From an uncultured Atopobium sp. (GTDB lineage Bacteria; Actinomycetota; Coriobacteriia; Coriobacteriales; Atopobiaceae): a stretch of 64,000 nt of DNA. The translations under genes were made by a program, and so were the position numbers. The DNA lies in the NCBI GenBank assembly GCA_938015835.1, contig CALLVW010000030.1:10527-74526 (forward strand), read 5' to 3'. Shown in pieces: positions 56,840-64,000 of this stretch; within the stretch, counting starts at the first letter, position 1; the number at the start of each line of letters is the position of its first letter. The notes below the pieces were generated by a model. The model did not search any database, was not told the origin of the DNA, and worked only from the letters and a program-made list of their open reading frames with translations.

Positions 56840-58765
56840 TTATGAGCGTCTAATAAGCTCAGTAACAAGAGCTGCAGCATCGGCACACTGACCAGCGTTA
56901 ACGTTCTCGCGAACATCAGCAGCGGTGCAGCTAAGCGCAGGCAGTCCATCCTCGTTTAATCCCATTAAGGTAACGGAACGAACTGAATTCTGCATTGCAG
57001 GAGTTGCGTCAGTGGTTTCCCAATCAAATGCGCTCTGCTCAACATCAATATGAAGATCAGTTGCAATAGTAGAAAGGAGTCGAGTCATTCTACGGTCAGC
57101 GCGGCGAACGTTGCCAATTCCCTCATTCTTAAGGATGGAGAGTGAGCCAGCACCAACGCAGTCAAGGTTAATCAGGAAAGCACCGCGAATATCAGTTCTA
57201 TGCTTTGCGAGGAACTCCCTCATGCCTGCGTGATCAAAGTCAGATGCTCCAAGCGCAACAAACCAAATGTCATGTGCAATGAGTTCGTCATCAGAGAGAG
57301 ACAGAACGGCATTACGAAGATCATCCTCAGAAATAGCGGCTGCATCTTCAGAGTCGGTCTCTTCACGATTCTCAGCAGATGGTGCTGCACCGCCCTTCCA
57401 GTCATCCGATGGTCCGTCGTTACGACCAAAGAGTCTAAAGGAGCGACGCTTTGCCTCAGGAGTCTTTGCGTCCTGTGCCTCTGTGAGACCCTCATCAGCC
57501 GAAATGGTGTCGAATGGGCTCTCTGCATCTTCTGCCTCTGGAGAAGGCGCAGATGTTGGAGCTGGAACATAGTGAGGAGCTGGCTCGGAAGATGGAGCTA
57601 GAGGATCAACGGCGTCGCCAGAAGGATCAGGAAGATCAAAGAGGGATGCACGGCGAGCAAAATCATTCTTGGCGTGCAGCTCATGTGCAGTTTCAGGCTG
57701 AACTTGCGTTGCATCTGCGTCAGCGGACTCATGAACCTGCTTCATAGTTGCATTGAGCTCATCGTCAACAGAATCATACGCAACGGTGTTGTCAGCAGAA
57801 GCATCCTCAGTCCGCTCTTCTTCTGTTGTTGCATTTACAGCCTCTGCAACATCCTCGAGAGATGCAGTCTGGCTTGCGCCAGTAGTGTCATAAGCAACGT
57901 AGCTTACTTCGCAATCCTCAGGAAGAATGCCCAGTGAATTAAGAACTTCCTCGCCGTGGCGGACGCCTTCCACCTCATCAGGCTCTGGGATAAGTGCAGC
58001 TGCATCTCCTGCAAAATGATGAACAACCTCGGGTCGATGACCAGTAGGGCGGACATTCTCGAGAATACCAAGAAGTGCTGCAACTGAAGACTTGTTGTTG
58101 TTTGCGCCAATAGTGCAAGGTGCAAAACGCTCTGCAATAGTTGCGACAGAAAGAGCAACAAGTGGAAGAGCTGCAAGAATACCAACAATCCAGAAAAGGA
58201 CACGAACTGGATCAGGAAGGAAACGAAGAATCTGAACAAACGTAGCAACAAACACGGCAGCTACACACCAACGAGCATACCTCTGTGCAAGCGGTACGTA
58301 CTTTGCTACAGGGGACTCAACAAGGAAGTTTGTATGTGGAGAGTCATAGTGAGCAACAATTACGATTGGACGATTGCCTTTTGCGACAAGCTCACCAGTG
58401 GCCTCGTGTTTAGCAACAACGTTCTGGCTCCTAATAGAAGATCCAAATGAACCCAGAATGTCATTACCAAAATACTTGAGACACGTAAGTGCGCCAAAAC
58501 CAGCGACAAGCAGAACGCCAAAAGCAATGAGTGCTGCATTACCAGTGCCTGCAAAAATAACGCCAATGAAGAGGAGGATTAGATAGATTGAGTAGCCAAG
58601 ACTCTTAATAGACTTAGCGTCAAATTCTTCAATGGTTGCCTCAAGCCCGTGAAGTTTCATTTCTTCAGCAATGGTTTGAGCAGCCTGAAGCTCCTCTTGG
58701 CTACCGGCAGGAGCAATATCAATCTGCTCGTCTAGATAGTCAACATAGTCATGTGTGATGGCCAT
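56840..58765 (-). CDS. membrane protein with M28-peptidase-like fold, apparently degenerate metal site, and an about 200-aa acidic low-complexity insertion
   Basis: HYDS (H-x-D) and NKSSVAALLG resemble M28 motifs, but the usual DD and EE residues appear replaced (NNN, SD). 4-5 TM helices near the N-terminus. D/E/A/P-rich insert at about residues 290-500. The ATG at 58765 has a GAAGGA RBS. Confidence 0.5.
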   Translation of the reverse strand: MAITHDYVDYLDEQIDIAPAGSQEELQAAQTIAEEMKLHGLEATIEEFDAKSIKSLGYSIYLILLFIGVIFAGTGNAALIAFGVLLVAGFGALTCLKYFGNDILGSFGSSIRSQNVVAKHEATGELVAKGNRPIVIVAHYDSPHTNFLVESPVAKYVPLAQRYARWCVAAVFVATFVQILRFLPDPVRVLFWIVGILAALPLVALSVATIAERFAPCTIGANNNKSSVAALLGILENVRPTGHRPEVVHHFAGDAAALIPEPDEVEGVRHGEEVLNSLGILPEDCEVSYVAYDTTGASQTASLEDVAEAVNATTEEERTEDASADNTVAYDSVDDELNATMKQVHESADADATQVQPETAHELHAKNDFARRASLFDLPDPSGDAVDPLAPSSEPAPHYVPAPTSAPSPEAEDAESPFDTISADEGLTEAQDAKTPEAKRRSFRLFGRNDGPSDDWKGGAAPSAENREETDSEDAAAISEDDLRNAVLSLSDDELIAHDIWFVALGASDFDHAGMREFLAKHRTDIRGAFLINLDCVGAGSLSILKNEGIGNVRRADRRMTRLLSTIATDLHIDVEQSAFDWETTDATPAMQNSVRSVTLMGLNEDGLPALSCTAADVRENVNAGQCADAAALVTELIRRS

Positions 58766-58954
58766 ACTACGTCCTTCGTTGGCATGTCTTCTGACAGGTT
58801 TCATATATACGTCATTAGTATACGTCTTATATCGAAATATAGCGGTTAAAGTGTATTTTTACGTCCAAATTTAGAAATTCTGCACTAAATATCAAAAACT
58901 TTCGTATATGTTTAGAGAGATTTGAGTTCAACTAGCAAAAAGCGGGAGGTGGAT

Positions 58955-59935
58955 ATGGCTCCAAACAATCAAACTCTAGGTAATAATGAACTTGGTGCCT
59001 GGAGGATTTTCTCGCTATTTATGCTGCTAATTCAAAAGGGACCTCTACCCTCGGCAGAAATATATGCAGCGATTTACTCAGATTTATCTACCGATTCTGC
59101 TTTAAGAACTTTTTCAAGAGATCGCACTGTTTTGAAACAGCTTGGATTTGCAATTACAGAGGTAAAAACAGGAAAAGAAAAGTCATTCTATCTTTCGGAC
59201 TCGAATTTCTTTAATTCCTCGTACGACTTAAGCCCTGAAGATGCCAATCAGCTGCTTGTAATCTGCAATGCAATTCTCACTGACGCAACGTTTGTATACC
59301 AAGAGGAATTGAGAAACGCGCTCTCTAAAATTGTGGGTAACTTTTATTCCTTGGACTCAGGTAAGTCAGACAGCCAAAAACTCAGCGCTTCTTCCCAAAA
59401 CAAAGTCTTTCCTGTTCTATACGAATCACTCAGCTCTAAACAACTGGTAAACATCACCTACACAAACTCACAGGACCTAGTTAAGCAAAAACATCTGGGC
59501 GTGCTGGACTTCTTTGTTTCACAGGGACTTCTATACTTTGTGGCCCAAGATTTTTCATCCGGTACTGAGAGCGCTTCCATCAAAACTTTTCGCGTTGACC
59601 GTGTTTTAGATGCCGCGATTCTTAAAAATGAGTCCTTCTCCATACCAGAAGAGTTTGATTCAAAAGACTATAAACTCCTTGATTTCCAGCTCGGATTGCA
59701 AGCAGACACGCTTACCGCGTTTGTCCCCAAAAATATACTCGCTGCTTTTGAACATTTCTCGCAAGGTCAAGGGGATGTTGAGCTCCTCTCTAATGGCGCT
59801 TTGTGGACCGTTACTTACGCTCATGAAGACACCGCTTTATCTTGGATTCTTGCTCATGGATTAATTCCAAGGTCTCCAGAGTCTCTTCTCGCAAAGTGGA
59901 AAGAGTCTTTAAGCGAGGTTGCCAATGGCTGTTAA
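58955..59935 (+). CDS. WYL-domain transcriptional regulator (PafB/PafC-like), first of a tandem pair
   Basis: N-terminal HTH-like segment and a central WYL-type motif QGLLYFVAQD...IKTFRVDRV. About 326 aa from the ATG with a GGGAGG RBS; the track starts at TTG 58922. Confidence 0.65.
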   Translation: MAPNNQTLGNNELGAWRIFSLFMLLIQKGPLPSAEIYAAIYSDLSTDSALRTFSRDRTVLKQLGFAITEVKTGKEKSFYLSDSNFFNSSYDLSPEDANQLLVICNAILTDATFVYQEELRNALSKIVGNFYSLDSGKSDSQKLSASSQNKVFPVLYESLSSKQLVNITYTNSQDLVKQKHLGVLDFFVSQGLLYFVAQDFSSGTESASIKTFRVDRVLDAAILKNESFSIPEEFDSKDYKLLDFQLGLQADTLTAFVPKNILAAFEHFSQGQGDVELLSNGALWTVTYAHEDTALSWILAHGLIPRSPESLLAKWKESLSEVANGC

Positions 59936-60911
59936 AAACACCTCTTTTGGAAGAAAAAACATATCGTCAGCTGTCTATAAGCTCATACTGCTTGCTTCTG
60001 CATTGAGGGAGTCTTTTGACGCAGTTGAGCTAAGCGCGGTTCAGTCGCGATTTGGCATTTCCTCTGAAGAGGCTGCTATTCTGATGGAGCTTTTGCAGCT
60101 CACGGACGAGAATGGCTATCTTCCCCTCCCCCTTACGGGAGACCAAGATACTCTGACACTTGTTGGAGAGTCTCCCTTTACTGCTCGCAGGCTTGTCTTA
60201 ACGGATGAAGAAACCTTGGCACTTAAAGAGGCTTTTACCGCTCTCGCTTTGCCCCAAGAAAGTGTATTTTGGAGCCTCTTGAAAACTCCATATACAAAAA
60301 GCTCTTCACCGGGCGGGTCTTCAGTCTCTCGTGTCTCCAAAAGTCACTCTAAAGAAGTAGATGCGTTCCTCACCTGCTCAAATGCAATTGCAGAATCACA
60401 AGTTATTTCATTCGACTATCGCTCTGAGGAGTCTGTTGCAGAAGCTCACGGTGATAGAGATGCTGCAATTAGCCAGAGAGAGGTTCTTCCCTATAAGCTG
60501 TCATACGGAGAAAATGGGTGGCTTATCGAGGGGGTTGATTTAAACCTAGAGCAGCAAAGGGTCTTTAGGGTCAATCGAATGAGCTGCATTGAAACGCAAT
60601 CCGCTTCATTTGAGCACAGAAAGCTTGCGGAACGCGTGCAAGATTCTGCTATGCAAGAAAAGTCTCAGCTGGTAGAGCTTACCTTCTTTGATAAAAACGC
60701 TCTTACGCACTATTCGTGGCCGGGACTTAAAACAGTTGGAAGCCAGCGCAATGCTGTAGAAATTAGAGCAACTATCCCCTACTACGGTGGAACGTGGCTG
60801 CTACAACGGTTGCTTGCCCTTAAGGGAAAAGTAACAACCAAGGACAAGGCCGTGATGCATGCAATGCGCACTTACGCTGCGTCTTTACTTGCTGACGAAG
60901 AGCAGCTCTAA
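59925..60911 (+). CDS. WYL-domain transcriptional regulator (PafB/PafC-like), second of a tandem pair
   Basis: WYL-type motif VLPYKLSYGENGWLIEGVDL...RVFRVNRM. About 328 aa, overlaps the upstream paralog by 11 nt. The ATG at 59925 has a GCGAGG RBS. Confidence 0.65.
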   Translation: MAVKNTSFGRKNISSAVYKLILLASALRESFDAVELSAVQSRFGISSEEAAILMELLQLTDENGYLPLPLTGDQDTLTLVGESPFTARRLVLTDEETLALKEAFTALALPQESVFWSLLKTPYTKSSSPGGSSVSRVSKSHSKEVDAFLTCSNAIAESQVISFDYRSEESVAEAHGDRDAAISQREVLPYKLSYGENGWLIEGVDLNLEQQRVFRVNRMSCIETQSASFEHRKLAERVQDSAMQEKSQLVELTFFDKNALTHYSWPGLKTVGSQRNAVEIRATIPYYGGTWLLQRLLALKGKVTTKDKAVMHAMRTYAASLLADEEQL

Positions 60912-60935
60912 GCCAATCAGGTGATTGCGGACCTG

Positions 60936-63900
60936 CTACGCGTCGTGTTCTTCTCGCCACTTGGCAATTTGCTCGGAGATGTCCTTTGTCGAGACGCGCT
61001 GGTAGTTCTTGTTGGGTAATGACTTCAAGAACGAGCTGCCATATCGCTTGGACACAAGCCTGGAATCGGCAAGCACCAAAACGCCTTTGTCCTCAGCACT
61101 CCTGATAAGGCGACCGGCAGCCTGTTTGGTTGCAATTACCGCCTCTGGCAGAGAATAGCGCCACCACGCACGGTCTTCTCGCGCTTCACGCTCTTTGACC
61201 AGCGGTTCATTAGGGCTTGCAAACGGAAGCTTAGGGATTACCACGCACCTCAGCGTATCTCCCGCAGCGTCAAAGCCTTCCCAGAACGATTTAAGAGCAA
61301 ACAGCGAGAGGTTCTTTTCGGCTAGGAACTTTTCGCGAACGCGTCGCGCGGAAGAAGATCGCTCCTGGCAGGCAAGGTTAAGACCATGCTCACTCAAGCG
61401 GGGTTCTAGCACTTCAAAGAGGCGCTCCATATCGCGTCTGTTAGTGAAGAGCGTCAGCACCGAGCCGCCCATCTGAACATGAACGTCGTACAGCAGCTTT
61501 TCCAAAGCGTCCAAGTAGCCTGGATCAGTTGGCGCAGGCATATCCTCAGCCACAAAGACGCCCATATGGTTCTCGTAGTCAAAGCTTGACTCTAAGTGCA
61601 GGCTCTTGTGTTCAAAGGAGCCTCTGTCCAGGCCAACAGCGTGCTCAAAATGCGAGAAATCATCTCCAACAGCAATGGTTGCTGAGGTAAACACAACAGA
61701 GTGCGTCTCCGGCAGCCACTTCTCTGCCAGCTCTGCTCCAATATCAAGCTTCTCGGCCATAAGGGCCTCAGAGCCAATGTCGCGTTTCAATCGGGTCAGC
61801 TGGGCTGAATAGACGTAGCTCTTATCCGTTCCCTCACAGATGAGCTTCAGTGAATCCAGAAGGGTGCTCAAGAACACCCCAGCCTCGCTCAAGTTGCTTG
61901 CAAGGTTTGATGCTGATGCGGCAAGTGCATCGGTGGCTTTTCCTACTCGAAGAGCAGCTTCTTCAAGAGCAGAAAGGGCGATGGAAGCAGTCTCTAAGAC
62001 TTCTTTCCATTCCTCTGTTTCTCTTACATCGTCGTTAATCCAAAGCTGAAGGGAGTTATAACCACCATCACTTTTAGCCAATGGAGCTAGCTCATGCACA
62101 GTGGCCATAAGGTTGCCCATTGCAGCCATGGCTCGCTGAACTGCGGCAGCAGAGCGCGTGAGAAGCCCGGTGAGCAGCGTAGAGTCCTCAAGGTTGGCAG
62201 CGCCCACCATAGCGGCGTGGATAGCGCCAGACTTGATGCCTCCGAGCAGCTCAAAGCCGTTTCTCATCTCTTTGGCAGAAATTTCTACTGCCCACTGATG
62301 GCGAGCCTCGGCCTCAAAGCCATGAGCCTCGTCAATCACCCAATGTCTAATAGGTGGCAGAATTTTTCCGTCAGCAGCAACGTTTCTAAGCAACAGAGAG
62401 TGATTGGTTACCACAACATCCGAAGATCCCGCACGTTTACGAGCTCCATGAACAAAGCACTCATGAGGGTAATACGGGCACTTAGAGCGCAGGCACTCCG
62501 CTGCTTTGATAGTTACCATCTCTCGTGGAACCGAGCGCCAGCGAATCCCCAACGCATCCAAATCGCCATCAGCCGACTGGCACGCGTAGGCATAAATCAC
62601 CGCAATTGCGGTCAGCATGTCAGACGCAACGCTGTTGCTCGAGCGCCCTTCCTGATCAAGCAGCGTCAGTGGAAGTTCCTCAAGAGCGGCCCTATCAACG
62701 CGATGCAGGCACGGATAGTGCTCGTATCCTTTTAAGCTGCAGAAACTCAATCCGTTTGGCAAGGCTCGCGCAAGAGACGGAAGGTCATGAGCAACTAGCT
62801 GGTCAGTCAAGGCGTTTGTCTTTGTAGCAATGCCTACGGTAACGTCATTTTTCTGCGCAAAAAGCACCTCAGGCAGCAGGTATGCAATCGACTTGCCAAT
62901 ACCAGTCCCCGCCTCAAGCTCTCTATGCGAAGAAGTTACCAGCGCGTTTCTGACCTCAACGGACATGCTAACCTGCTCGCTGCGTGCCTCAAATTTGTCA
63001 TACATCTGCGAGACAATGCCCGGTTTAGCAAACGCTCTGTGAATCTCATCTTTAGAAATAGGCAGCATAGCAGGCGTCTCTGGGTCATCCGCGTCTCTTC
63101 TCGCCTTTGCTTTTATGTTTGCGACAAGCTGGCTGCGAATGTCCTTGAGCGAGAAAAACGTGCCCGAGATCTCTGCATCTGCAAGTTCGGCACCTGTTGC
63201 ATCTTTCTTTGCGACACCGCGCCGAACAGCCTCTTCTTCTTTCATCTTCGACAAATACGAGAAGATCGGTCTAAATGTCCACTCCACTCCATCGTGCATT
63301 GACGCCAATTTGGCGAGAAGCCCGCGGGGCAAATTCATAAGTCCCAAAAGCAAAATGCGCCACATCCCACAAAGAGCATCTACGTCGTCACTTGCGCGAT
63401 GCGTAACCTTCATGGTGCCAAACGCTTCTGCCATGCTGGAAAGCTTATGCGAAGAAAGTCGAGGTAGAGCTATGCGTGAGAGCGACAGCGTATCAATCCA
63501 AGTATCGGAGACTGAAGTTCCACCAGGTACTCGTTCAATAAACGTACGGTCAAAAGTGGCGTTGTGTGCCAAAACCGGAAGACCGCCGACAAATTCTGCG
63601 AGGGCAGCAACAGCTTCTTTTGCGCTTGGCGCACCTTTAACATCTTCGTCAGTAATTGAGGTCAGTGCTGTAATTTCTTCTGGAATTGGACACCCCGGGT
63701 CAACAAAAGTCTGAAAGCGCTCCACAATCTCTCTGCCACTCAATTTAGCAGCAGAAATCTCAATAAGGGAACACTTCTTAAAGGACAGACCTGTTGTCTC
63801 GGTATCCAAAACAACAATGTCATCCTCTAAGACATCAAATGACTCATGCTCCGCCCTCTCTGCAAGTTCTAAATACTTCTTGCGAACCGCAGAAGGGGTA

Positions 63901-63953
63901 CCTGGAAGAATGAGTTCTTCTAGTTTTTGCGTAGCGCTTTTAGTGCTGGTCAT
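60936..63953 (-). CDS. dinG: ATP-dependent helicase DinG with N-terminal DnaQ-like 3'-5' exonuclease domain
   Basis: Exonuclease motif VVLDTETTGL. Helicase Walker A GTGIGKSIAYLLP, DEAH box (VIDEAHGFE) and four Cys between motifs consistent with the Fe-S (XPD/DinG) helicase family. 1005 aa. Confidence 0.85.
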   Translation of the reverse strand: MTSTKSATQKLEELILPGTPSAVRKKYLELAERAEHESFDVLEDDIVVLDTETTGLSFKKCSLIEISAAKLSGREIVERFQTFVDPGCPIPEEITALTSITDEDVKGAPSAKEAVAALAEFVGGLPVLAHNATFDRTFIERVPGGTSVSDTWIDTLSLSRIALPRLSSHKLSSMAEAFGTMKVTHRASDDVDALCGMWRILLLGLMNLPRGLLAKLASMHDGVEWTFRPIFSYLSKMKEEEAVRRGVAKKDATGAELADAEISGTFFSLKDIRSQLVANIKAKARRDADDPETPAMLPISKDEIHRAFAKPGIVSQMYDKFEARSEQVSMSVEVRNALVTSSHRELEAGTGIGKSIAYLLPEVLFAQKNDVTVGIATKTNALTDQLVAHDLPSLARALPNGLSFCSLKGYEHYPCLHRVDRAALEELPLTLLDQEGRSSNSVASDMLTAIAVIYAYACQSADGDLDALGIRWRSVPREMVTIKAAECLRSKCPYYPHECFVHGARKRAGSSDVVVTNHSLLLRNVAADGKILPPIRHWVIDEAHGFEAEARHQWAVEISAKEMRNGFELLGGIKSGAIHAAMVGAANLEDSTLLTGLLTRSAAAVQRAMAAMGNLMATVHELAPLAKSDGGYNSLQLWINDDVRETEEWKEVLETASIALSALEEAALRVGKATDALAASASNLASNLSEAGVFLSTLLDSLKLICEGTDKSYVYSAQLTRLKRDIGSEALMAEKLDIGAELAEKWLPETHSVVFTSATIAVGDDFSHFEHAVGLDRGSFEHKSLHLESSFDYENHMGVFVAEDMPAPTDPGYLDALEKLLYDVHVQMGGSVLTLFTNRRDMERLFEVLEPRLSEHGLNLACQERSSSARRVREKFLAEKNLSLFALKSFWEGFDAAGDTLRCVVIPKLPFASPNEPLVKEREAREDRAWWRYSLPEAVIATKQAAGRLIRSAEDKGVLVLADSRLVSKRYGSSFLKSLPNKNYQRVSTKDISEQIAKWREEHDA

Positions 63954-64000
63954 AACCTACAAATCTACTGGCGATCCTCAAGTGCAAACTCAATAAAGCG

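Noticed and set aside
1-64000. CRISPR arrays, IS elements, integrases, prophage or toxin-antitoxin modules
   Set aside because: I searched for direct-repeat/spacer periodicity and transposase or integrase-like ORFs and found none. The only repeat-bounded structure is the 133-bp inverted-repeat element at 44743-44875. Gene order is that of a conserved core chromosome.

Overview
The window reads as a core chromosomal segment of an Actinobacteria-like genome, most plausibly Coriobacteriia-type (inferred from gene order and MurT/GatD). GC is about 50% with AT-rich intergenic regions. No rRNA, CRISPR array, transposase, integrase or phage genes were found. Gene content from start to end, strand in parentheses: the F1Fo ATP synthase operon atpB-E-F-H-A-(G partial) (minus); upp, rpiB, tsaC/sua5, prmC and prfA (minus), a conserved actinobacterial neighbourhood; a large acidic-N-terminus membrane protein; DedA; a mannose-family PTS IIA-IIB-IIC-IID operon; pgi; trxA; a PAP2 phosphatase; a metallophosphoesterase; a LytTR response regulator with a GAF/LytS-type histidine kinase; a QueT-like membrane protein; lipid II isoglutaminyl synthase MurT/GatD; pyruvate:ferredoxin oxidoreductase (nifJ); purH; a GNAT acetyltransferase; gluQ; tRNA-Ser and tRNA-Arg; serS; tRNA-Leu; the cell-wall signalling cluster STPK-fhaA-fhaB-pstP-(rodA fused to pbpA)-pknB; tRNA-Arg(CCT); purC; an OmpR/HK two-component system plus a TAT lipoprotein; purB; tRNA-Lys; an M29 aminopeptidase; tRNA-Gly; a PerR/Fur-family regulator; a sortase-anchored adhesin with a putative thioester domain and CnaB repeats; an M28-like membrane protein; a tandem pair of WYL-domain (PafB/PafC-like) regulators; and an exonuclease-DinG helicase. 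Points for follow-up are a single-ORF SEDS-bPBP fusion, a 133-bp inverted-repeat element, a GC-rich about 400-nt non-coding region likely to encode a structured RNA, a perfect Cheo/SOS-box palindrome upstream of a small orphan gene, a structured leader upstream of dedA, and the WYL pair next to DinG.
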